Source: an uncultured Chloroflexia bacterium
GTDB taxonomy: Bacteria; Chloroflexota; Chloroflexia; Thermomicrobiales; JALYUS01
Assembly (NCBI GenBank): GCA_963847195.1
Contig: CAWJZC010000009.1
Span: 17,812-81,811, forward strand
DNA length: 64,000 bases
Direction: 5' to 3'
Shown: positions 29,936-39,111 of the stretch, in pieces
Position numbering within the stretch: position 1 is the first letter of the stretch
Layout of the letters: every line of letters starts with the position of its first letter
Position numbers and translations under genes: made by a program
The notes under the pieces: model-generated
The model's input: the letters and a program-made list of their open reading frames with translations, nothing else
Database searches by the model: none
Told to the model about the DNA's origin: nothing

Positions 29936-31218
29936 CATCGGGTCAACCAAATCAGCGGCTGCTCGACGAACTGCTTGACGCGCTTGAGGAAGCGGGCGGC
30001 GGGCGCACCGTCCACGACGCGGTGGTCGAAGGTCAGGCTGAGGGCGACCATCTTCCGCACCGCGACCGTCTCCGCCTCCTCGTCCACGACGACGGGGCGC
30101 GCGACGATCCGACCAATGCCGAGGATGGCGCACTCCGGCAGGTTGATGATCGGCGTGAAGGCGTCGATCTCGTACATGCCGAGATTGGTGATCGTGAACG
30201 TGCCGCCCTGCAGGTCATCGAGCGCGGCTTTCCCCGCCCGCGCCTGCCCGATCAGGCGGGCCGACTCCACCGCAATCGCCTGCACCGACTTGCTGTGCGC
30301 ATCGCGGATCACCGGGACGAGCAGACCCCTCTCCGTGTCGACGGCCACGCCCAGATGCACCGCCTCATGCCGCACGATCCCACCATCGCCGAGGGAGGCG
30401 TTGAGGTCCGGGAACTCCTGGAGGGCGACCGCGACGAGCCGGGCGAAGAGGTCGTTGTAGGACGGCATCACGCTATCGGTGGCCATCAGTGCGCCCGCAA
30501 GATCGTCCCGCAGCCGGACGAGCGCGGTGGCGTCCGCCTCGGTCGTCAGCGTTACCGGCGCGGCGGTGTGCGCGCTCAGCGCCATCCGCTCGCCGATGAT
30601 GCGGCGCATGGTGCTGATCGGCGCTCCGGCAGGCGCGGCAGGCGCAGCAGGCGCCTGGCCCGGTGGCGGCAGGCTCGCGACCTGCCTACTCGCGGGTTGC
30701 GCACCTGCGCTACCGGGGGGTGTCTGTTCGGCGGCGGCGCGCACATCGCGCTCGACAATCCGGCCGCCGCCGCCCGTGCCGGTCAGTTTTGTCCAGTCCA
30801 CACCGAGTTCACCCGCGATGCGGATCGCCCGCGGGCTGGCAGCAGGCAACCCACCGGCCTGCGCCGGCGCCGCGGCTGATACGACGGGCGCCGATGAGGT
30901 TGATGCGGGGGCGGACGGCGCGGCATTCCCACCCGGGGTAGACCCGTTACCGCCATTGGTGGGTACATTCTCTCCCTCTTGCACGAGGTAGCCGAGCACC
31001 GTGCCAACCGGCAGTTCTTCACCGATGCGCAAGGCATTCTCGGGGATGCGGAGGATGCCACTGTCGAGCGATTCCACCTCGGTCGTCGCCTTGTCGCTCT
31101 CAACGAGGAAGAGGTATTCGCCCGCGTTCACCCGGTCGCCGTCATGCTTCAGCCATTCCACCACCGTCCCGGCTTCCATGTTCCAGCCGAGCCGGGGCAT
31201 GACCACTTCAATCGCCAT
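29935..31218 (-). CDS. dihydrolipoamide acyltransferase (E2) of a 2-oxoacid/acetoin-type dehydrogenase complex
   Basis: 427-aa intact ORF: lipoyl domain (VESDKATTEVES), E3/E1-binding domain (ASPRAIRIAGELGVD), catalytic domain (LSLTFDHRVVDGAPAARFL). Confidence 0.92.
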   Translation of the reverse strand: MAIEVVMPRLGWNMEAGTVVEWLKHDGDRVNAGEYLFLVESDKATTEVESLDSGILRIPENALRIGEELPVGTVLGYLVQEGENVPTNGGNGSTPGGNAAPSAPASTSSAPVVSAAAPAQAGGLPAASPRAIRIAGELGVDWTKLTGTGGGGRIVERDVRAAAEQTPPGSAGAQPASRQVASLPPPGQAPAAPAAPAGAPISTMRRIIGERMALSAHTAAPVTLTTEADATALVRLRDDLAGALMATDSVMPSYNDLFARLVAVALQEFPDLNASLGDGGIVRHEAVHLGVAVDTERGLLVPVIRDAHSKSVQAIAVESARLIGQARAGKAALDDLQGGTFTITNLGMYEIDAFTPIINLPECAILGIGRIVARPVVVDEEAETVAVRKMVALSLTFDHRVVDGAPAARFLKRVKQFVEQPLIWLTR

Positions 31219-31239
31219 CGTCGCTCACTCCGTTCGCTC

Positions 31240-31300
31240 AGTAACGAGTAACGAGTAGCGAGGCGGGAGCGGAACCCCTCGTTACTCGTTACTCGTTACT
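31240..31300. repeat. inverted tandem-heptamer hairpin (AGTAACG) between E1beta and E2 genes
   Basis: AGTAACGAGTAACGAGTAGCGAG ... CTCGTTACTCGTTACTCGTTACT. Confidence 0.85.
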
Positions 31301-31302
31301 TC

Positions 31303-32280
31303 TCATGCTGCCAGCAAATCGCGGATTGCCCGCGCGATGGTCTCCGCGTTCGGCACGAGCGCTTGTTCGAGCGGCGCGCTGTACGGCACCGGCGCGGAGA
31401 CGCCCGTCAATCGTGCGATAGGCGCGTCGAGATCGTCGAAACCGCGCTCCATCACCTGCATACCGATCTCGGCAGCGACCCCGCACGGGCCGTAATCTTC
31501 ATCCACCACAAGGAGTCGCCCGGTCTTGTGGACGGAGGCGAGGATCGTGTCGATGTCGAGCGGCACGAGCGTACGCGGGTCGACAACTTCGACCGAGACG
31601 CCCTCACCGGCGAGCGTCTCGGCGGCGGCGAGCGCGCGGTTGACCACCCCGCCAATGGCAACGACGGTGACATCCGTGCCGTCGCGGGCGATACGCGCCT
31701 GCCCGAAGGGGATGAGGTATTCCTCCTCCGGCACCAGCCCCTTCGTGTTCAGAACGGAGCGATGCTCCATGAAGACGACCGGATCGTCCGAGCGGATGGC
31801 GGTCTTGAGCAGCCCCTTGGCGTCGTACGGCGTGGTCGGCACGACGACGCGGAAGCCGGGGAAATGCGTGAAGATCGAGTAGTAGCTGCCGGAGTGATGC
31901 GTCGCCGCCGAGTTGCCGACGCCGATGCAGCCGCGCAGCACAATCGGCATCTTCAGGCGGCCGTCGCTCATGTACTGAATTTTCGCGGTCTGGTTGAGCA
32001 GTTCACCCATCCCATCGAGGCCGAAGTCGATGAACATGTAGTCCACAATCGGCCGCGCGCCGGTCATCGCGGCGCCGGTGCAGAGGCCGGTAAAGCCGCG
32101 CTCGGTGATCGGCGTATCCCGCAGGCGGGCGGGGCCGAAGCGTTCGTAGAGACCGACGGTCGTGCCGAAGTTCCCGCCGCGCGCCCCGATCCCTTCGCCG
32201 ACGACGAAGATCATCGGGTCGCGCTCCATCTCTTCCGCCAACCCCTCGAGCGCGGCCGCAGTGAAGGTCATCTCGCGCAT
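31303..32280 (-). CDS. 2-oxoacid dehydrogenase E1 component, beta subunit
   Basis: 325-aa intact ORF with typical transketolase-like pyrimidine-binding and C-terminal domains (VVGEGIG..., DTPITERGFTG, FMEH, VTVVAIGG). Confidence 0.92.
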   Translation of the reverse strand: MREMTFTAAALEGLAEEMERDPMIFVVGEGIGARGGNFGTTVGLYERFGPARLRDTPITERGFTGLCTGAAMTGARPIVDYMFIDFGLDGMGELLNQTAKIQYMSDGRLKMPIVLRGCIGVGNSAATHHSGSYYSIFTHFPGFRVVVPTTPYDAKGLLKTAIRSDDPVVFMEHRSVLNTKGLVPEEEYLIPFGQARIARDGTDVTVVAIGGVVNRALAAAETLAGEGVSVEVVDPRTLVPLDIDTILASVHKTGRLLVVDEDYGPCGVAAEIGMQVMERGFDDLDAPIARLTGVSAPVPYSAPLEQALVPNAETIARAIRDLLAA

Positions 32281-32296
32281 GATAACTCCTTCCGAA

Positions 32297-32387
32297 GGAC
32301 TGAGGACTGATGGCTGGGCGGAGACGGCGCAATGACAACTCAGCCCTCACCCCTCGGCCCTCAGTCCTCAGTCCTCAGTCCTCAGTC
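32297..32387. repeat. inverted tandem-heptamer hairpin (GGACTGA) between E1alpha and E1beta genes
   Basis: GGACTGAGGACTGA ... CTCAGCCCTCACCCCTCGGCCCTCAGTCCTCAGTCCTCAGTCCTCAGTC. The right arm overlaps the E1alpha stop. Confidence 0.85.
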
Positions 32388-33386
32388 ATCACTGAAGACG
32401 TGATCCGTCGCGGTCGCCGCATCGGGCCAGGGGCTGTTCTTGGCGAACTCCGTCGCTTCGGCGATCAGGTCCTGCACGTCGCGCGTCGATCTGGCCGATC
32501 TCTTCTTCGCTGGCGGTACCGTCCGCCGAGCAGGCGCTCGCGCAGCCGCGCGATCGGGTCGCGCCCGCGCCACTCGCTCGACCTCGTCCTGCGTGCGGTA
32601 GCCCACGTCGCGCATCCCCTCGGAGTGCGGCGCGCGTGCGATAGGTCTTGCATTCGAGCAGGGTCGGCCCGCCGCCGGAGCGCGCGCGGCTGATCGCCTC
32701 GCCCGCCGCCTGATAGATGCCGAGCACATCGTTGCCATCCAGCTCGATACCCGGCAAGCCGTACGCCGCCGCCTTCGACGCGACGCTCGGTGTTCTTCGT
32801 AATCGTCGCGAAGGGCACTTCGGTCGCGTACTGGTTGTTCTCGCAGACGAAGAGGACCGGCAAGTCCCAGACGGTGGCGAGATTCAGCCCCTCGTGGAAG
32901 GCGCCGTTACTGACCGCGCCATCGCCGAAGAAGGCGACGGCGACCTGATCCGATTTCTTCAGCATGTAGGTGTAGCCCGCGCCCGCCGCCATCAGGATGC
33001 TCGGCCCGACGATGCCGCTCGTGCCCAGCATGCCGACTTCCGGCTTGAAGAGGTGCATGCTGCCGCCGCGCCCATGCGAGCAGCCCGTCACCTTGCCGAG
33101 CAGTTCGGCGATCAACTCGCGCGGCGGCACGCCCTTGGCGAGCGCGTGGCCGTGGCCGCGATGCGTGCTCATCACCGTGTCGCTCTCGCGCAGGTGCGCG
33201 CAGACCGCCGTCGCGATCGCCTCCTCGCCCACGTAGGTGTGGCACGCGCCGGGGATGAACCCCGTCTGGTGCAGCCGCGCCAGTTGCTCCTCGCAGCGGC
33301 GAATTTCCAGCATCTGCCGGTAGAGACGCGAGCATCTCCTCTTTGCCGACCTGCGTCTGCGTCTCCTGTGCCGTCTCAACTGCCAT
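32382..33386 (-). pseudogene. 2-oxoacid (acetoin-type) dehydrogenase E1 component, alpha subunit (TPP-binding), about six frame breaks
   Basis: MAVETAQETQTQVGKEEML is in ORF 32907..33470. The core with [17 protein letters not shown]...VCENNQYA is in ORF 32465..33442. [21 protein letters not shown]...LLECKTYR is in the frame of ORF 32389..32757. The last about 300 nt then zig-zag between three frames: [17 protein letters not shown] / [16 protein letters not shown] / [15 protein letters not shown] / [19 protein letters not shown]...FSDD*. Junctions are near 33330, 32785, 32630, 32580, 32530 and 32485. Confidence 0.85.
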
Positions 33387-33411
33387 ACATCCCGTCCTTC
33401 CTGGCCCCCGG

Positions 33412-33537
33412 CCCCTTCCCGAAACGGGAAGGGGTGATTCATGTAGGTACCGTGGCCGACTCTTACTCACCCCGCCAGATCGGGAGGGCGCACGGCTGTG
33501 CGCCCCTACGCTCCCCCTTCCCTGCGTGGGAAGGGGG
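33412..33537. repeat. cluster of three small palindromes: CCCCTTCCCG-AAA-CGGGAAGGGG (33412..33434), GGGCGCAC-GGCT-GTGCGCCC (33486..33505), CCCCCTTCCC-TGCGT-GGGAAGGGGG (33513..33537)
   Basis: Read directly. They lie in the gap between the 2-hydroxyacid DH and E1alpha genes. Confidence 0.85.
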
Positions 33538-33545
33538 CCGGCGGG

Positions 33546-34515
33546 TTAGGAAACCACCTCGTTCGCGGGGAAGCGGGGGCGGTCGCCGCGCAGCACGCGC
33601 ACGACCTCGTCCGCGCCCTTCGCGCGCACATCGATACTCGCCTCATCCGAGGCCCACGCGACATGCGGCGTGACCGTCACGCGCGCATCGTCAGGAGCGG
33701 GTGCTCCGGGCGGCGGCGGTTCGGTGGCGAGAACGTCGAGTCGCCGCTCCGGCAATTGTGCCGCGTTGCAGCGCCGCGAGCAAGGCGTCTTCGTCGACCA
33801 CGCCGCCGCGCGCCGTGTTGATGAGATAGGCGTGCGGCTGCATCAACGAAAGTGCCGCCGCGTTGATGATCTTCGCCGTCCCGTCTGTCAGCGGCACATG
33901 GAGCGAGAGATAGTCCGATGTGCGCAGCAGCGTCTCCCAATCCACCGGTTCGACACCCGCCGCGCGGATCGTCTGCGGATCAATGTACGGGTCGTGGGCG
34001 ATGACACGCAGGCCGAGACCGCGTCCCTTCGCCGCCGCCGCGCTGCCGATCCGGCCAAAGCCGAGCACGCCGAGCGTCAGGCTGCCGGGCCGGCGCATCG
34101 TATTGGCCGCCGCGCCGTTCCACTCCCCCCGCCGCGTCATCGCCCCCCATGCCGGCACGCGCCGCAGGTGCGCGAGCATCAGCGCGATTGCGTGCATCGA
34201 GACTTCGTCGATCGCGTAGTCCGGTACATTGGTCACCCAGATGCCGCGCGCCGTGGCGGCGGGGATGGCGATGTTATCCAATCCGACCCCGACGCGGCTG
34301 ATGATCCTGCAGCGCTCCAGCGTGCCGATCACCGCCGCCGTGACGGGCTGGATCGTCACCATCACCGCGTCCGCCGTCCGCACGTTCGGTGCATCGAGGC
34401 CGTCCGCATAGACGATCCGCGCGTCGGTCGCCGCCAGCGCCGCCTCCTCGATACTCGTGTCACCAATCCCCGAATAGACGATCGCCACCGTCGGTGCGCC
34501 CAATGATCCCCCCAT
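33546..34515 (-). pseudogene. D-isomer-specific 2-hydroxyacid dehydrogenase (PGDH-like), at least one frame break near the C-terminus
   Basis: ORF 33691..34515 has the NAD motif (LGVLGFGRIGSAAA) and ...LINTARGGVVDEDALLAALQRGTIAGAA. The tail LDVLATEPPPP...VTVTPHVAWASDEA... is in ORF 33546..33755. The junction is near 33745. A third frame reads EHPLLTMRA, hinting at further shifts near 33715/33675. Confidence 0.85.
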
Positions 34516-34518
34516 ATC

Positions 34519-34572
34519 GGTGGCGTAGGCTTCAGCCTGCGCGAGAGATCGCAGGCTGAAGCCTACGCCACC
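34519..34572. repeat. perfect 23-bp hairpin GGTGGCGTAGGCTTCAGCCTGCG-CGAGAGAT-CGCAGGCTGAAGCCTACGCCACC
   Basis: Arms checked base by base. It fills the gap between the permease stop (34576) and the dehydrogenase start (34515). Confidence 0.9.
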
Positions 34573-34575
34573 ACC

Positions 34576-35431
34576 TTAGCCCTTGACCGCACCGGCGGTG
34601 ATGCCGGAGACGTACTGCTCGACGAAGAACGAGTAGAGGATCGCCACCGGGAATCGAACCGATCAGCGCCGATGCCATCAACGGTCCCCACGGCAGCAGA
34701 TCGCCGCGCACCAATTTCGTCAGCACGCCGACCGCGAGGGTGCGGCTGTTGTCCGTCGAGACGAGCACGAGCGAGTAGATGAACTCGTTCCACGAGAGCG
34801 TGAAGGCGAAGATCCCCGCCGTGACGACGCCCGGAATCGCGGAGGGCAGCACGATCCGCACGAGCGCCTGGAAGCGCGTCGCGCCGTCCACCATCGCGCA
34901 CTCGTCCAGTTCGCGCGGGATCGTCTGGAAGTAGCCGATCAGCAGCCAGGTGCAGAAAGGGACGAGGAAGGTCGGGTAGACGATGATCAGCGCGAGCGGG
35001 TTGTTGATCAGCCCGAACCGCTGGATGACCTGCGTCATCGGGATGAAGAGCAGCGTCGTCGGCACGAGATAGACGACGAAGATCGCGCCGCTGAAGAGCG
35101 AGCTGCCGGGGAAGCGCAGCCGCGCCAGCGCATAGCCCGCGAGGATGCTGATCACGATCGAGATGAGGGTGCTGGTGATCGCCACGTAGGTCGTGTTCCA
35201 GAACCAGCGGATATACGCGGTCTGCCAGAGGAGCCGGTAGTAGTGCGCCCACGTCGGGTTGTGCGGGTAGAACGGGTTGATCTTCAGGTTGGTCAGCTCG
35301 GAGTCCGCCTTGAAGGACGTGACGATCATCCAGTAGAACGGGAAGAGGATCAGAAACAGCACGATCAGCATCGGCAGGTAGATCGTCAGCAGGCGCAGGA
35401 GCGTCCGCCTGAGTGTGCGTTGCGATGTCAT
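34576..35431 (-). CDS. carbohydrate ABC transporter permease (MalG-like); one frame break 25 codons before the stop
   Basis: MTSQRTLRR... start at 35431 overlaps the upstream stop (ATGA). EAA-type loop: DECAMVDGATRFQALVRIVLPSAIPG. After ...ALIGSIP the listed frame is junk. Removing one G near 34654 gives VAILYSFFVEQYVSGITAGAVKG*, a typical C-terminus. Confidence 0.85.
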
Positions 35432-36369
35432 TTGGCGAGCCTCCGCACATTCCAGACTTGCAGGACGACCATCAGGAGCATGACGGGGAACATATAGAGC
35501 GAGATCGCCGCCCCCTGCCCGAGCAAGCCCGATTTCAGCCCCGACGAGTAACTGAGCGTCGCGAGCACCTGCGTGGCGTTGATCGGCCCGCCGCCGGTAA
35601 GGGCGTAGACGATCTGGATGTCCGAGAAGGTGCCGATGATCGAGACGATCAGCACAATCGTCACGACCGGCATCACGAGCGGGACGGTGATGCGGGCGAA
35701 CTTGACGAGCTGGCTCGCGCCGTCGATCGAGGCCGCCTCGTAGAGGTCGCGCGGGATGGTCTGCAACCCGGCAAGGATCGTGATGGCGAGGAAGGGCGTG
35801 CCGCGCCAGACATTGACGGTGACGATGCTGCCCATCGCCCACTTCGGGTCCGTCAGGAAGGGCAGGTTCTTGTGGATGAGATGGAGATTCTTGAAAAGCC
35901 AGTTCAGGCTGCTGAGATTGCTATCGAAGAGCCAGAGCCACGCCATCGTGCTGAGCACGCTCGGCACGATCCACGGCATGAGGATCGCGGCGCGGAAGAA
36001 CTTGCGCCCGCGAAACTCCTGATTGAGGAGGAGCGCCAGCGCGAAGCCGAGGACGAACTTGATCACCGTCGTCAGGAAGGTGTACCAGATCGTATTGCGG
36101 AAGGCCATCTTGAAGATCTGGCTGTCCAGTTGGTTCGTGAAGTTATGCAGGCCGACATACGTGCCGTCGTTGCCGACCGTCTTGTTCGTCAGGCTCAGCC
36201 AGAGGGCGAGACAGAACGGATAGGCGACGAGCACGATGAGCAGGATGATCGCGGGCGCGACCATGATGTAGCCCTGCGTCGCGTCGCGCCCCCGGATGAT
36301 CTGCCAACGGTGCTGCGCGGTCTCCTGCCGCCGCTCCTCGGGCTGGCCGACCGCATGCGAGATTCCCAT
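35428..36369 (-). CDS. carbohydrate ABC transporter permease (MalF-like)
   Basis: 313-aa intact ORF with six hydrophobic helices and EAA loop YEAASIDGASQLVKFARITVPLVMP. Confidence 0.9.
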   Translation of the reverse strand: MGISHAVGQPEERRQETAQHRWQIIRGRDATQGYIMVAPAIILLIVLVAYPFCLALWLSLTNKTVGNDGTYVGLHNFTNQLDSQIFKMAFRNTIWYTFLTTVIKFVLGFALALLLNQEFRGRKFFRAAILMPWIVPSVLSTMAWLWLFDSNLSSLNWLFKNLHLIHKNLPFLTDPKWAMGSIVTVNVWRGTPFLAITILAGLQTIPRDLYEAASIDGASQLVKFARITVPLVMPVVTIVLIVSIIGTFSDIQIVYALTGGGPINATQVLATLSYSSGLKSGLLGQGAAISLYMFPVMLLMVVLQVWNVRRLAK

Positions 36370-36390
36370 CGGATACCCTCACCCCCCAAC

Positions 36391-36494
36391 CCCCTCTCCA
36401 TCGCCGGCCGGCAATGGAGAGGGGGGAGTGAAATACGATGGCTATTCATCGCTGACGAATCATCCCTCTCCCTCGCGATGGCGAGGGGCAGGGG
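36391..36494. repeat. two GC-rich palindromes (CCCCTCTCCAT-N12-ATGGAGAGGGG; CCCTCTCCCTCGC-GATG-GCGAGGGGCAGGG) between SBP and permease genes
   Basis: Read directly. The flanking CCCTCACCCCCCAAC tail is typical of the family. Confidence 0.8.
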
Positions 36495-36508
36495 ATGAGG
36501 ACCGCGAA

Positions 36509-37996
36509 CTACGCGCCCTTGAGGAGCACGTTGTACTCGTTGACGGCGAAGGCGATCGCGTCTTTCGGCGCCGTCCCCTGCGCGACCTTCGCGAACGTGT
36601 CGATGATGATGAACTTGTTCTGCGCCGCGCCGACGACCTGCGTGAATGGGCCGGGAGAACCGGGCATCCGGGTCGACTTTGCGAGTGTCCGCGCGCTGGC
36701 GAGCTTCGGGTCGGTCGGCCACGCGGCATCGACGCTGTCCAGCATCGGGAACGGCGGCAGGTTGTAGCCATTGCCCGCCTTCGTCCACTGCGTCTGGAAG
36801 TCCTTGGTGTAGAAGGCGTCGGTCAGATACGCCTTCGCGGCATCGACGTTCTTGGCGTAGGTCGGGATGCCCCAGTACTGCATGCTCATGTACTGGAACG
36901 CGCCGCCCGGCCCACCGATCGTCACGCCGTGGCTCGAATTCCCGGCCAGATCCGGGTCGGTCTTGAGCAGGCCGGCGTAGATCGTGTTCGCGTTGTTCGT
37001 CACCGCGACCTGCTTGGAGGTGTAGGCGAGGTTGTTGCCCGTCTCATCCCAGGCGAAGGCATTCTCGGCGAGCGAGTCCTTGTAGTAGGTCTGGAAGAAG
37101 GTCAGGCAGTCCAGCATCTCTTTCGAGTTGAGGGCGAGCGTCTTGCCGTCCGCCTCGAACTCCTTGGCGCCGAAGCTCCACATCAGCGAGTAGTTGTGCG
37201 TCGCGCCATCGGTGACGGCGTGGCCGAGGGTGTGCCCGATCGGCGTGCCGGCGGCCTTCAGCTTCTTGCCCGCCTGGTGGAAGTCCTCGTACGTCTTCGG
37301 GAACTCGGTGATGCCCGCCTTCTGGAAGAGGTCCGTGCGGTAAATCCAGTACTGGCCGTAGATCGCCGCCGGGAGCGCCTTCCACTTGCCGTCGCCCCGG
37401 ATGCAGACGCTCTTCGGCCCGTCGTACCAGCCGCCGACCGTCGTGTTCAGTTGCCCGGACAAGTCCGAGATGTCGATCATCACGTTCTCGTTCGTCGCGA
37501 CGTGCTGCGCGTACATGCTGACGAGGTCCGCGCCCTGCTTGGTCTGGGCGTTCGTCGCCAGTTTCGCGTCCCACTGATCGAGCGCGACGGTGTCCTTCGT
37601 CAGTTTGACGCCCGCGCCCTTCGCCCAGTCGTCCATGTTCTTTTCCTGGAGGTCCGCCGCCGCCTGGATGGACGGCGGCATCCAGAGGATCGTGATCGAC
37701 GTGCCGTTGATCGGCTTACCCGTCGATGCGCTCGCGGGCGCTTGGGTCGCGGTTGTGCCGGCAGCGGCCGAAGCAGCGGGCTTGGTCGCTGCCGCAGCTG
37801 CCGACGCGCCTGCGGTCGTCGGCGCAGCCGCGGCGGGCGCGGTTGTCGCGGCGGGCTTCGGTGTATCCGTTGCGCTACTGCCGCCGCCGCACGCGGCGAG
37901 GATCGCCGCGCCCGCCGCGGCTGTTGCACCGGCGAGGAACCGCCGCCGCGTGATCACGACCGCCCCGAACGTTTTACCCATCTCACGTCCAGACAT
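36509..37996 (-). CDS. ABC transporter sugar-binding lipoprotein (family 1 SBP)
   Basis: ORF 36509..38038: Tat signal (TRRRFLAGATAAAGAAILAACGGG), Ala/Thr/Pro linker, then a family-1 SBP body. The start is ambiguous (38038, 37996 or 37981). Confidence 0.85.
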   Translation of the reverse strand: MSGREMGKTFGAVVITRRRFLAGATAAAGAAILAACGGGSSATDTPKPAATTAPAAAAPTTAGASAAAAATKPAASAAAGTTATQAPASASTGKPINGTSITILWMPPSIQAAADLQEKNMDDWAKGAGVKLTKDTVALDQWDAKLATNAQTKQGADLVSMYAQHVATNENVMIDISDLSGQLNTTVGGWYDGPKSVCIRGDGKWKALPAAIYGQYWIYRTDLFQKAGITEFPKTYEDFHQAGKKLKAAGTPIGHTLGHAVTDGATHNYSLMWSFGAKEFEADGKTLALNSKEMLDCLTFFQTYYKDSLAENAFAWDETGNNLAYTSKQVAVTNNANTIYAGLLKTDPDLAGNSSHGVTIGGPGGAFQYMSMQYWGIPTYAKNVDAAKAYLTDAFYTKDFQTQWTKAGNGYNLPPFPMLDSVDAAWPTDPKLASARTLAKSTRMPGSPGPFTQVVGAAQNKFIIIDTFAKVAQGTAPKDAIAFAVNEYNVLLKGA

Positions 37997-38192
37997 CTGT
38001 CTCCCCTTCTGGCGAAGATCGCCTTGGCACATCCCCACAATTCGTCACATGCCCCCGGTTGTTGCTGGCGTCGCTCGCATCCTCCTCTGCCCTGGGCTGC
38101 CACGCCCGCTCGCACGCTGGGTCGCCGCCTGGCTCAGGCGGGTTTGCATGATTGGCTAGCGCACCGGCGCGAATGCCGCCTCCGCCGGGCGG

Positions 38193-38884
38193 TCATCCCG
38201 CTCGGGCATCGAACCGGTCGACGCGCTCATACGAGCCGCGCAGATGATCCTCGATCAGCGCAACCGCCGCGCTCCGCGTCCCGCTCGCGCAGCGCATCGA
38301 GGATCACCTGATGCGATGAGACGGTAACGACCCGGTAGTCCGCATCCGCGACATTGCGGCTGAGGAGGAGAATGTGGATCTGCCGCCGCAGATTGACCCA
38401 GCAGTCATAGAGCCGCTTGTGGTCGCTCGCCTGATAGAGCATCTCGTGGAACTGCGACGTCGAGTTCCGCCGCTTCCTGCTCGGTGATGCCGCGCTCGGT
38501 GCAGGCGGCCATCGTGTCGATCACCTGCTGCATGGCGTCGAGGTGCGCCGCCGTCGCGCAGGCGACCACCCGCTCGACGGCCAGCCGCTCCAGTACGCGG
38601 CGGAGGCTGTAGATCTCCTCCGCGTCCTCCCGCGTCAGGCGCGCGACAAACGTGCCCCGGTTGCGCTGAATGACGACGAGCCCCTCGCGCTCGAGTTGCG
38701 TGAACGCCTCGCGGACCGGCCCGCGGCTGACACCCATCGACTTGGCGAGCGCCTCCTCGCGCAGCCGCTCGCCGGGGCCGAAATAGCCGTGCAGGATCGC
38801 CGTGCGCAGCCGCAGCGCGATATCGGCCGCAAGGCCGCGATTGAGTGGCGACGACAAAATGGCGTCCAGGGCTTCCGCTTGCAT
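38193..38884 (-). pseudogene. GntR-family (FadR/FCD-type) transcriptional regulator, two frame breaks
   Basis: wHTH: ERLREEALAKSMGVSRGPVREAFTQLEREGLVVIQRNRGTFV (ORF 38405..38938). The FCD domain continues in ORF 38227..38442 (FHEMLYQASDHKRLYDCWVNLRRQIHILL...) after a shift near 38455. A shift near 38270 gives ...VALIEDHLRGSYERVDRFDARAG* ending at 38193. Confidence 0.8.
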
Positions 38885-39111
38885 TCCCCATGCCCCCGAT
38901 GATCCGTTGTGCAATTGTCTCTTTCTGACTGTTAACAATCGTACAATACGCTGGTAGCCGCTCTCATGTCAAGCCTATGAATGGGATTCTCAGTTAGTGA
39001 AATGCGGCGGCGCGACTACCCTTGCTTTGTGCGGTGAAACGGCGAATACTGCGCCGAGCGCACACGACTCCGCATCCGCCCTTGCGGACTGCCATCAGAA
39101 AGGACTACCCG

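Noticed and set aside
32485-32630. Clustered frame changes considered as programmed ribosomal frameshifting
   Set aside because: I saw no slippery heptamers or conserved stimulators at the junctions I resolved. The number and irregular direction of shifts across unrelated genes fit indel errors or decay, not recoding.
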